A stretch of DNA of 64,000 nt. Origin: Raillietiella orientalis (Eukaryota). Position 1 is the first letter of the stretch, and the number at the start of each line of letters is the position of its first letter. The notes under the pieces were generated by a model. The model was not told the DNA's origin and made no database searches. It saw nothing but the letters and a program-made list of their open reading frames with translations. The position numbers and the translations under genes were made by a program. Below, piece after piece: positions 25,930-37,400 of this stretch. The stretch spans positions 3,224,001 to 3,288,000 of the forward strand of contig JAYWIR010000001.1 in NCBI GenBank assembly GCA_036172245.1. Reading direction: 5' to 3'.

Positions 25930-27900
25930 GGGCGTCTTCACTCAGCATCCACCGATATTCCAATGACAGAAAGGGATGTTCATGAATTATAAATAGAAAA
26001 GATTTTTATCTGCCGTCTGAAGTCGAGGGCGATCCTAACGGGCATTCCTGTCTTGATGAATTATGCCCAGAAAAAGGTAAACTTCGAAGAGAATCTGGAG
26101 ATTACAGTCAAAGCATGCACCAGTTCCCTTCTAGGGGGAGGCCTTCCTGGTGGATTCAAGCTCCCACTTCTCCAGGTAGGCAGCGTGACGTCCTTGCGAA
26201 CCACAGGGGGACCGCCGAACGAAACCTCGGAGGAAGCCAACCTCAGATGGTTTGTGATCCCAGCAGTGCCCGTTGTGCATCCGCCGTTCGGAGGGTTGCG
26301 GGCGTTCCACTCCTGCGTTCCGTGTTGCTGCAGGCGTGCTTTTGCGAGCAGTCGACTTGCGAACCTGTCTTTTCGTCCTCCCTTCTGCACTCCGGGTAGG
26401 ATCAAAGTTTCCTCTTCTTCAGACCGCAACTCGATAGGGCATCAGAGGGTAAAGTGAAAGATGGGGCCGAGGAGGATGCATGCGGCATTTCTTCTCGCAT
26501 TTGACACTGCGCGAAACGACGTTCGAATCACTCAGACGCTCTAGGACCCTCCCCCCTCCTTCAACCTGTTTATGCGGAAATCTCCTAGGGGGAGGATGAC
26601 AAAGGAACGTGAATGGGCTGACTTCAGCACGAGCAGCGAAAACAGTAAACAAAGGATTATATTTACCCAGTTTGCTTACTCTCTTGTTCTGGCTCGTCTT
26701 CCCCGAGTGAACTGTGTACCTTTCTGCAAAGTTCCTTAGAGATCAAGAGGAGTTTCCATCTGGTGTTCCTTGGTCTCAAGAGTTCGACATCGGATGGAGA
26801 ATGAGGAGAGACTTTGCGAAACGTGCGATTAGCGACAACAAATCCGATAAAGACAAAGGAAATTCGTAAGAGATGCATTCGGTTCGTTCTGAAACGGACT
26901 GCTGTGGGCATCCAACCCCAACGGTTCTTTGAAGCAATCATTTTGGATGTACCTGCCATTGTTTTGTGTAGCTGCGCCTGCTTGAATTTTATCTCTTCCA
27001 TCTGGGGTTATCAGTAAGCTAGCGGGCCTTCAGGTGCACTGGGACGATCTGTTTCTTCGGGGAACAATCCGTAATGTCAGTGGCACCTTCCTGCTGCTTG
27101 AAGAAAAGCCATTGATTTGTGGAATTCCGGACCTTTTGAGTGAAGACTGTCAACATTTCCGCTACATTCCGAAACCTCATCCTTTGCCGAATTTTATCAT
27201 CACTTCGTCATCACGGTTAGGGTCTCGCAGCAATTTTTCTAATAGAAGACGCTATATGGAAAAGGCAGCGACACTTTCGACACAAGAAATAGTGATAATG
27301 TGTTTTCCAAGGTCGATTGAGTCTCTTGGATTGAGTCTTTCAGGGATGTCTCTTAATCCAAAGAGAAACACGTTCTTGCTCTCATCCAGAAAACCTACCA
27401 AAATACACAGGGCTTTGAGTGACACACGTGCAAAGGTGTTCCGACTAATATCCATCTCTTGAGAGGGACGTGTGAATGTACAGCTTCCATGAGGTGATAA
27501 CACATTCAGCAGCAAGAGCCATGCTCTTGCTGCCGCATGTGCTGTCCTCTTGACATTTCGATATCCAGGAAACACGCGAGGAGTTGCACGGATTTCAAAC
27601 TGTCTGGCAGCGTGCCCGTCTACAAAGCCTTTCAAGCAATCCCTTTGCACCTGCATCATCTCTGGTATGTCTACCAAAGAAGACTAGTTACAACGACTGT
27701 GGACCCTGATCAGCACCCGAATGCGACACTTGTCTCTGTTATGTTCACATGACCTTTCCCTGCGAACGTCTCAATTATTTCAGTTTCCTTTTCGGATGCA
27801 AGTTTTAATTCCTCGAGAACGATGGGAAAAACAGTTTTCCTTCTCCACGAATTGTGAACGTGGCTTCTGGGAGAACCTCTTTAGCATCTTCGTCCACGGG
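25930..27900 (-). mobile_element. Probable decayed hAT-superfamily transposase
   Basis: Motif remnants in hAT order on the minus strand: DEVSECSG (~27180), VGVGCP (~26915), RPRNTRW (~26765), SVDAE (~25950); many stops and frameshifts. Confidence 0.42.
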
Positions 27901-28629
27901 CGATTCTTAGTTAGGTATAACAAAAGCCTCCGGACGCACAGAACGCGATTTTAATTTTCAAGATGCAGTTTCCTCTTCCGACAACCCAAAGCACTATGCT
28001 GAAACCCGCCACATCTTTCTTAGCTCGCGACCCAGTAGCGTGGACACTTCACACGCGTGTTGCATTCCGGCACGGCAAGTACACTTTCCAGGGCTGACCC
28101 GCGATGCATTCATTGCTTGACAGTTTCAGCCGTGTTGCATGCAGACGCAACTATGGGATTTCCAGGAATCATCAGGAGTGGGATATTCCTATCCAAGGAA
28201 GCTTCCCGCTTTTGGGGGGTCTTTGGCCTGAGCTTCTTGTTAGCCTCGATTTACCGGAGCGATCCCGGAAAGGGAAAACAAAGACCCTTTATAACAGCCC
28301 TTTTGCTCCCGTCGGCGCCATGCTTGTCATTTGCTTTTGTCATTAACGTGAGAACCCGGATGGCGATTTTTTGATTGCTGTGGCGGCAGTGGATGAAGGA
28401 GCAAAGCGAGCAGCATTCCACAAGAGGTGTAGATCGCGTGCATGTGCGGACGATGCGCGGCGAGGGGTGGGCGTCCCCGCGGAAACCATCTGCTCGCACC
28501 TTGGATTTGGCGGGCCGCCCTCGTCGCCAGCCAGTAGACGACGACCCGATGAGACAAGTCAAAGAGACGACTTGGAAGTGGTCGGGGAGGAAGGGGTCTG
28601 GCGGTCTGCGACCAGCCAATATCTCGAGA

Positions 28630-29180
28630 GGCCACGTGGCTGTGGTTTCTCCGCGCATGGCACCTAGCGTAGAGGGTTCGAATCCCGCCCCGGGAAGGAT
28701 TGACACCGAGAATTGGGTGGGTGCGTCGCGGATTTCGAGTCCCCCTCCCGCGCAGGATGACGCTGGTTGAGCTGAAGGCTTGGGGCACGGCACTGGTGGA
28801 AGTCGGTTGCCCTCGTTGAGTGGTCAGGATTGTGAGCTGACCTCTAAACCAATTAACCGACTCCCTTCCCTTCCCCCTCCCTTCCTGCCCCTCTGGGGGA
28901 CCTCCTCCATCTCGTGCCACGGAGCTGGTGGATTGATACCCCTCCAGAGTGTGAAGTGCCGAAGGACTGCTTCCTTCAGGGAGCGGCCCTTCGGAGAAAT
29001 ATGGAAGAATTCCTTCGGGGTTCTCTTCAGGGAAGGAAACCTAGAGGTGTTCGTTTGCAATTGCTGCCCTCTGGAGAAGAAAGGAGGAATGGCTCCTTCC
29101 AGGGGACCCCTCCGAGGAGAATCAGTTCGAGGTTCTCTTCGGAGACGACCAGGAAAGAGGTTCCCTTCAGGGATCAGGAC
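28630..29180 (+). mobile_element. tRNA-derived SINE family, copy D (3'-truncated)
   Basis: gtggctgtggtttctccgcgcatggcacc...gggttcgaatccc; ccatctcgtgccacggagctgg; ctccagagtgtgaag. Confidence 0.82.
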
Positions 29181-30002
29181 CACCAGTATCATTACCACCA
29201 GTGAATGTCGAGGGGCGATGTCCGCATGCGGAACTGAACTTGCAGTCCAATCCTGTCCAGCGTGATCCTCGAGCAAGCTCCTGCGACCGAGCGATGCACG
29301 GCAGCCGAACTCGCCGCTGACAGCAGCACACCACCCTCCGAGGAAAGCAAGGAGGCGGGGAGCGGGATAGCGACGTCCATCGTCATCGACGACGGCGTCG
29401 TATTCGCCCAGGCCACGATGGAGCTCGTGGCCACACTGCGAAAGAAAACCCAAGGCGATAAAGAAGGCCTGGAAATGTACGGTCTCCACGAAGGAGGCCG
29501 AGATCTCGGACTCGGGAGCCGGAAAGGCGTATTTCGTCGTCGCACCCCCCGATAATTCTGGACGCAAGTCCAAGAATCCCAGGAGGTAACTCTCTCCTGA
29601 CGAAGGGGAGGAACTCACTTCCGAAAGCGAGGGTGCGTGGGGCATCAGAACGCGGGACTCCTCCATAGAGAAAGTCCCACGTTCCGACGCGGATGAAGGG
29701 ATGGACGGGGTAGAGGTGGCTCATGCTCAGGTGCCCAAAGTTCTCGTCCAGCCTGACTACATCCCGTCCACTCAAGTGGCAGAAGCCACAGCGTCACTTT
29801 CCCAGGCTTAGTGCCGGGAATCGCCTCTCGCCATCGTCTATGAATCGCCTGTTGGAACATCAACAGGCTGACGACGGCAGGAGATAAGACATCGCTGCCA
29901 CCCAACTTTCCCTCGATCTCGTGCTTCTGCAAGAGATCCACGTTATCTCTGCAGAGCAGGCAGGAGATATCGAGCGGATAGCTATTGGTCAGCTGTTTTC
30001 AA

Positions 30003-31200
30003 GCTGTTTTCCACTCGGGTGCGACGGGAAGTTCATTCCAAGAGACCAAACTATCAGGGAACAAAGTTCCCAGACAAAAGGAAAAGTTCGAAGGGAGGGC
30101 TCCCGACACGCAGGTCGGTGACACTGAAAGTCCGGAAGAAGAGGAAGGGTACCACCAATAAATATATTAAAAAACATGAATAAAGATATGGGGAGGGGTT
30201 GGAGACAGGAGTCTTTGGCTGCGGTCGTTTCTTCCTTTCAGAACCGGTGTCGGATGCCGGAGATCTCCTTTCTCACTTCTGGAAGATGAGACCACCTGGA
30301 AACCACCGTGATGTTGTCGGCTAATCCGATTACCTCTCGAAAAATCACCTGCGACTCCAACTGGCGGTGGGCGGTGTCAGTGGCGCGGATGCGGCAGATC
30401 GTTGCGACAACTGCACCTAACGACAGGCCTCCTGACGGGAAGGAGCGACGCATCAAAACCTTTGTCCCCTTGGTGTAGGAGAGCTGAAGCCAGCTTCCGC
30501 GGCAGTCCTTGGAGGACACCACAGTCAAAGAGCAGATGCGGGAGCGTTTCTGCTGCTTCACACCTTCTACAGTTCGAGGAGGCAACTCCCCCGGGTGACC
30601 AGCTGTTTCCCACCCTGGTGTGCCGGGCGTTTATTCCTAAACTATCCAGGAACAGAGTTCCCGGACAAAGGACACAGAAGAAACGAAGGGGTGGGATCTC
30701 CGACACGTAGGTCGATAAACCGAAAGTCCGGAACGGGAGGGAGGGGGCCACAAATACACATATAAAAAACATAAATAAAGATATGGGGAGGGTAAGAGAC
30801 AGGGGTCTTTGGTTTCGGCTGTTCCTTCAGAATCGGCGGTGGATGCAGGAGATCTCGCTCCTCACGTCTTCTGGAAGATGGGCCCACTCGGCAGCTGACG
30901 TCATGTTCTCGTCGCTATTTATTTCCAGTGGCCTGTCGTCAAATCGCCTGCTTCTCTAGCTCTCGGTGGGCCTTGTCGATGGCGCGGGTGCAACAGACCG
31001 TTGCAATAACAGCACCTAAGGACAGGCCGCCTGGCGTGAAGAAGCGGCGCATCAAGTCTCTTGCGGTGTCCCCCTGGTTCAGGAGAGCTGAGGCCAGCCT
31101 CCGCTACAGTCCTTGGAGGACACCGCAGTCCAAGAGCAGGTGCGGGAGCATTTCCACTTCTCCTCACCTTTTGCAGTTCGGGGAGATAACTCCCTCAGAA
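30003..31200 (-). repeat. Two tandem diverged ~600-bp copies of a LINE 3' end (30003-30595 and 30600-31200)
   Basis: Both encode the C-terminal CxxC...E...HLLxDC motif (NCRRCEAAETLPHLLFDC) and share a 3'UTR (aaaaaacat.aataaagatatggggaggg on +). Confidence 0.75.
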
Positions 31201-31871
31201 ACACGGTTCGTCCGCTGGTTTCAATGGAAACCTCAATGCACCAGCAGGATGACGTCCTGTTCCCACGTTAGGGGGAACATAGAAGTGTTCAAGAACGAGG
31301 GATGGACCACGAGTTCTTCGGAGGGCACACTTAAAAGTTCGCTCCACCGCCGCTCATGGGTCGGGTTGCTTCTGCGATGGTGCAGGCGACCTCCCACCTC
31401 GCCGGTAGGCAACTATCACTTGCTCTGAGCGCTGACAGCGCGTCTGTGAGAGACGTGACGGCCAAGAGAGTCCACTTCTCCTGGTTGTTGTGACCAGCTG
31501 TTGTGGTATTGAGGCTCCCGTCGGTCCTGCGGGGTAGCCTTCTTCAATCGGCAGTCGCGACGGCCGTGAAGGGCGTGCGCTTCGACTAGGAAGATCGGGT
31601 CGTCTAGCTGACACTCAGGTGGTCCGACTCGATAGATCTCGTTGTTACGAATGTGTACGCCCCTAGAGGGTCAAGCAGAGCCCTGGAAACGAAAGATGTT
31701 TTCAAAGACCTGCGACGCTACTGACTGGTTGAAGGAGGCGTGCGGAAAGCGCACCTGCTAGGCAGAGATTTCAATCTCCATCTGCTATCAGGGGTGCCAA
31801 ACGACAGCACAACCTGGCCAACGAGGCGGGCACGTCCGCGCACCCGCGCAACTTGTTGGAGGGAGAGGCCG

Positions 31872-32226
31872 ATCTGACAGCATCGACCATATTTTCCTCG
31901 ACAACCACGTGTGCGCACGGGCGGGGAGGAGAGACAGGGTGCGGTCGATGCTGTCAGACCACTGCCGTCTGTAGCTGGAAATTCGTTAGCGCGACAAGGA
32001 TCCTCCGAATAAGATTGGCGTCTCCCAGGGAACTGACTTAGCCTCCCAAGAGCTGCGGAGCATCTCCGCGAATTCTTGCTAGGCTTCAGCGTGTAGAATC
32101 ATAAGGACTGAGACCATTTGAAACTCTCAGTCTGAGAGGTCTGCGAACAGTTCCCGCACCCTTTCTCTCCTCCCCGCCCGTGCGCACACGTGGTTGTCGA
32201 GGAAAATATGGTCGATGCTGTCAGAT
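31872..32226. repeat. 73-bp inverted repeat (31872-31944 / 32154-32226) with a 209-bp spacer
   Basis: Arms differ at one base by manual comparison; the ORF track shows the same peptide MRTRGCRGKYGRCCQ on opposite strands. Confidence 0.92.
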
Positions 32227-33999
32227 GCACTGTCTCTCCTCACGATTCAGAGAAGGAGTGAGGAACGAGAGATCGTACTTCTACGCCCGTTGCTTTTCTA
32301 GGAAACCCGACGTCCGAGGACCAGGGGAGTATCGAGCCGGGGACGAGCATCAAGCCTGGCAATCCGGATCAGCCAGCCTGCTGGACGATCAGGGTCAGAT
32401 ACATTCTGACCCCCAACAGGTAAGAAGACTCGTACGCAAATTTTACTCCTCCCTGTACGCGAAGGCACCCTACGAACGCGACGCTGCAGGGCGTTTGCTG
32501 CCTGAGGGTATGCCGGCGTTAAGGGAGGAGCAACATGAAAACCTCGAAGAGCCTTTCACGAGGGAGGAGATTATCTTCTCCATCGGAACGTTCAAGAGGA
32601 GCAAGGCACCAGGGGAGGACGGCTTGCCCGCGGAGGTTTACCATTGCTTCGCAGCAGAGCTGGTTCCCCTGGTGCACCGACTATGCGCCTTGATCCGCGA
32701 ACGAGCGGATGTTCCCGACTCTTTCCGGTTAGCTAGAGTACGTCTTCTCCCGATGGAAGGAGACCTTCGCAACATCTGCAGCTGGTCGTCCATCACAGTG
32801 GTGAATGCGGATCCGAAGTTGCTTGCCAAACTGTGGGTGGAGAGACTGAGACGGGTAGCCGAATCCGTGATCAGTCCGGAGCAGACGTACTCTGTTCCCA
32901 GATAACCATGAAGGCCAACATGTTCCTCTCGAGCACATGGTGGCAGTTACGAACAAGGGTTGCGTCGGCGGATCAGGATAATCCAGGATTCTCCTTTAAA
33001 CGGGGACGGGAAAGCCGCGAAAGTACGCCCAGAGCCCTTGCAGTCACTAGCGATTTGCGTAAAGCTTTCGATGAGTCGTCTAGGAACTCCTCTGGAGCTC
33101 CTGGAACGCATGGGATTTCAGGGCATCTTTCTGGCCTATCTACGCTCCTGATGGCGCAATGAAATAATCAACATCTCTTTTAGCGGCCGGCATGTGTATG
33201 GCGTGCCCATTCGCCGCGGCATAAGGCAGGGTGACAGCCTCAGTCCTCTGCTCTTCAGAAACTACCTTGAGTTGGCGCTGAGGGCATACAGGGAGACTCT
33301 AGCAACCCTGCTGAGCTCGTGTCCGGACACGCCTGCTGTGTCGAACTACGCAGGCTGTCTTCTGCTGTTGCTCCCCATGTCCACCCGGCATCAACACTCA
33401 AGGCCTCCTTCGACCTGCTCAGCCGCGGGATGGAGCGAAGGTGAACAGGTAGAAGTCATCCCTGGTGCCAGAAGATGCAGCGTGGGTCGGACGACCGGAC
33501 TGGATCCACGACCGGGCGGGTACATCAAGTACATTGACGTTCCGTTGGGAGACTTGTACATAGCAGAAGCCTGGTCCGGCCGTCTCCAAAAAGTAGAAAT
33601 GAAGCTTGGCCAGTTCCAGAACGGCAGGTTTCACTTGCCGGAACGGGCTGCAGTGTGGAACGCGTTTGCGGCTCCCCTTCTTCTCGTCCTGCTTTTTGTT
33701 TGCTCCGCCCCTGCAACCATCCAAAAGAGGACCTAGAACCTCTTCAGAAAAGCCCTTCGAGGAACAGGGAGGTCCAGATTTCGGTTAAAGGATCATTGCA
33801 CTCCACATGAGGATGATGGACTGGACCTCCTTACGCTGGATAGGATCGAGCGTCATCTCCAATCCCGAAAACTCTCACTGACCCTCCAAGCTTTGGACTA
33901 CTCCTTGGTTTGCTTCGGCGAGAATCCTCTCGAAGCGAGCAACCGGCTTTGAGAGATTGACTTCGGTCATCGTGGCCACCGAACGAAGTTTGATCCTCA

Positions 34000-34470
34000 C
34001 TCCTCATTTCTCCTCCGGAGGGAACCCGGAAAGGATCCGCTCCTTGTTACTCCTCCTCTGAAGAGGAGTCCGAAGTGACGCTTTGCGATTTCTTTGAAGG
34101 GCTCCCCCTGAATGGAGTAGCGCTCTTCTTGACACGCTGGAGAGACGATCCCCAAGGGGGATATCAACCAGCTCCATGGTACACTTTCACAACCGGGGAG
34201 GTGGAACCCTAAGGGAAGCGGTTCCTTGATGTCCTGGAAGGACCCCGAAGGATCAGCTTCCAATCCCTGTCAATCAACTGGGGCATCCGAGGGTCTCCGG
34301 CTTCCGGTGCCGCACGCGGAGCCCGTGGGCCTACCAAGGTCATCCTGAGAAATGGATTCGAAACCTACGATCACTCCCCGTTCTTGGCGTCGATCTTTCC
34401 TTGGATGGGATTCGAACCCGTGACTTTCGACTCCACGTCGTGCGGAGTCACACGGCTGCCAACGCGCACG
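34000..34470 (-). mobile_element. tRNA-derived SINE family, copy E (diverged)
   Basis: Reverse complement: cacgggttcgaatcccatccaaggaaagatcgac; gtaccatggagctgg; ctccagcgtgtcaagaag; ctcttcagaggaggagtaacaaggagcgg. Confidence 0.72.
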
Positions 34471-37400
34471 GGGAGGACCCTCGGCAATCGGGGAGCGCTA
34501 GAAGCTCACACACGTGGCAATACGAAAATTACGCACCAGTATGGACGTTGTTTTTTGCTGGAGGCTCCTACTTGGTTTGGCGGCGGCTTGGCCGAGAAAT
34601 GAGCCGTCTCGGAGCCCTCGGTTGCTCTTGATCGCGGCTCAGGTCAAAGCATCTAGAGGAAACGGAACCCATCTGTAGAGAGCACGGTACAGAGGCAGAA
34701 GAATCTCACGGGTTGTGGGGTGGGAGATCGCAAGTAGGCTGCCGAAAATCCCGCTCTCTCCAGGATTCCAGTCGATCCGGGATGAGAATCTCCACGCGAT
34801 GTCTCGTTTTTTTGTTTTCGTTTTTTCATTTTTGTCTTCTTTTTCAGACGTTCCTCGTAACGGAGTGTTCCGGATCCACCATTTCCGTAAGGAAACTCCT
34901 ACCCTTTTCCTCCATTCCGCAAACCGCCCACTTTTCGAGCCCCTGAATTTCCTCTGCCGACTCGTCCGCTGCAGAACTGCTCCACGCGATGCCGCTCGTA
35001 GCGACCGAGCCGAGATGTCCTCGGAGAAGTGTTCTACACCGTAAAAATTATCTGTAGTCCCCGATGCTAACCATCGCTTTCCTCTCCCCCTCCTCCCTTC
35101 CTCGCTTGCTGGGGACCGCCGTCGCGCATCCCCAAAGAGGCAAGGAGAAGAAGGCTTTCGGGACGCAGCTCCATCCGTCCTGATGCTGCACTCCAGTCGA
35201 GCAGCCCAATCCCCCCGCTATTTCTGACGCGAGGTTTCGTTGACTCCGTGCCGCATTCTTTCAGTACTGGCAACGCCGTAACCAAGCGAAACCCAACCGC
35301 CGCCGCGGACGGAGACGGCCTGAGCGCTGCGCTGCGGACTGGGCCGACAGACAAGCGTTCCACTCTGATCCCAGCCTCCATATCGCGCATCAGGGAGCAA
35401 CTCAGAGGAGTCCTCCTGCCTCGGGCCATCGTTCGCCACCAGCACGTCGTGAGAAGGTGGCGAGGAGGTGTCCTGGGAAAAGAAACGGGAGTGAACCTTC
35501 CCGAAGCGCAGAAACCTCGAGATTTTTTCCTCAGAGTCCGGATCCATCGGGGAGAGTCTCGCATGCTCCTGGACACCAGAAACTCCGCTAGATGCTCGGA
35601 TTTACCTTCCGGCACGTTTCTCCTTGTTTGCGGAAGCGTGCGAGAGGCGTCGGCTGCCACCACCCGAGAAGCAGGCGGCCGGCCCCTGACCTGTCCGTCA
35701 GCTTGCGTTTTCTTCGATTGGGAGGAGGCAACCTGGAGTCACCAACCATCCAGCAGTCTTCCTGTGGAACGGAGAAGAACTCTTCTGTGAGACAGGAACC
35801 AAAAATCAACTAGGAAGAAGAAGAAGGGAGAAGAAAAAGAAAAGAGGAAACAGAAACAAGAAGCTCCGGGACCTCGCGTGGCTCGAATTCCTGCTGTTCC
35901 TTTCATCTAACTTTCCTCCTGCTTGTTGATCCTGCACACCCTCTTCTGCTGTGCCACCGTGGCCGTCTAGGTCTGAGGGAACCCAGGCAAAGAGGAGTCT
36001 TTGCTCCTCTTCCTCCTTCCTCCGTTCTGCTCCTTTCCTCTGTTCTGTGATGCTGCAGAGGAGGAGCTGGACTCACCAACTCAGGGACTCCTCAGCAGTG
36101 ATCCCTCTTTCCTGTGACCTGCTCTTCTTCCTTCTTTCTCCTTCTCCTTTCCTCCCTTTCTTCTCCCTCTTCCCTTCTGGTTACCTTCTGCCACCCGAGA
36201 GAGCAGCAATAGTAGCCAAGATAAAGGGCATGACCACCATCTGAGAGAGCCTCCCTCAGACGCCATCTGTCTACACCAGGTCGACCAAAAGCGAGAAAGT
36301 GGAGTGGAGTCCTAAGATGCCTATGGGCAGACTAGGTCTCCACCCTAGCTCTTCTTCTTCCTTCTGCCGCCACGCAGGTCTCCCGAGGACATACGTGTGA
36401 CGGTGGCAGCCCCGGAGAAAATGCGTCGTCTTAAATCATTCGGGAAGGATCTTCCTTCGAAGATGATGCGAGAATTGGCAATGGATCCGTCAACCATCAC
36501 ACCTCGGCAACCACTTTCTCTTTGACTGCTTCACTTAAGAAGTCCGCCACACATCTTACAAACACATCTGAAGGTATCCCTTGTACCATCCTTTTCCAGT
36601 GTGCTCATTAGTCCACAGAGGGCGAGGTCCTTCAGGTACCGGAGAACCTCGGACAGAGGCATACCAAATCTGATGGCGAATGATGTCCCCTGTACGCTGT
36701 AGATTGGTAGAGCTTAGCCCGAAACACAATGTATTGATGCCTTTGTTTGGAGCCGACCTTTTCCAGTGTCCTCATTAGGTGGTGCTTGTGCCGCTGCTGC
36801 CGTCCTTCGTATCCTGTGACCACCGACTGTCCGCTTCATAGAGGCACTACTTGCTTTCCGCCACCCCATGCGTGCTGCAGAACAGGATACGCCTGTTCCA
36901 GAGATTCAACTTGCATTCTATGCGAGCTGCTCGCCGCGGCGGCACATCCATGTTCCAGACATGGTCCAGATTATTGAGCCGCCTGGAGGACCAAACGAAG
37001 CCATCAATACACCCGTTTTCTCTCGGATCGCTCGGCCCCACCCGCGAAGCTGGCGAGGCCCTGCCTCGTCCCGGATGGACGTCCGCACCAGCAGCCTCTG
37101 TCTGGTGCAAGTCGACGTCTGAAAGAATAGCACCCCCACATTCCTTTCCTCGCCCCTCCGGGTCGCGTCTCTTCGGACCAACCGCACGTCGGACAACTCT
37201 TCCTGCCTCCTTGCAAAACCCTGCCGAGCCTGCCAGCCTCCGGACCGTACAGCGATCGGTTCCTCACAAGCCCCGGCGGCGGGCTACGCCAGCGCCTCCA
37301 CACCCGTCTACCCCCTCCACGACAGGACCTCACCCGATGGCTTCACCCCGGGTCCTCCCTCGTTTGTTTCCTGCAGGCGCACGCCCCCCGATCGCCACCA

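Larger units (their letters stand above)
29840..33900 (+). mobile_element. Decayed L1/Tx1-clade LINE ORF2 (APE + RT), interrupted by the 30.0-31.2 kb insertion and an internal inversion
   Basis: WNINRL (29853), LDLVLLQEIH (29912), NVYAP (31650), LLGRDFN, SIDHIF; RT: KAPGEDGLPAEVY, WSSITVVNADPKLLAK, VISPEQT, DLRKAFD, GIRQGDSLSPLLF. Confidence 0.85.
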
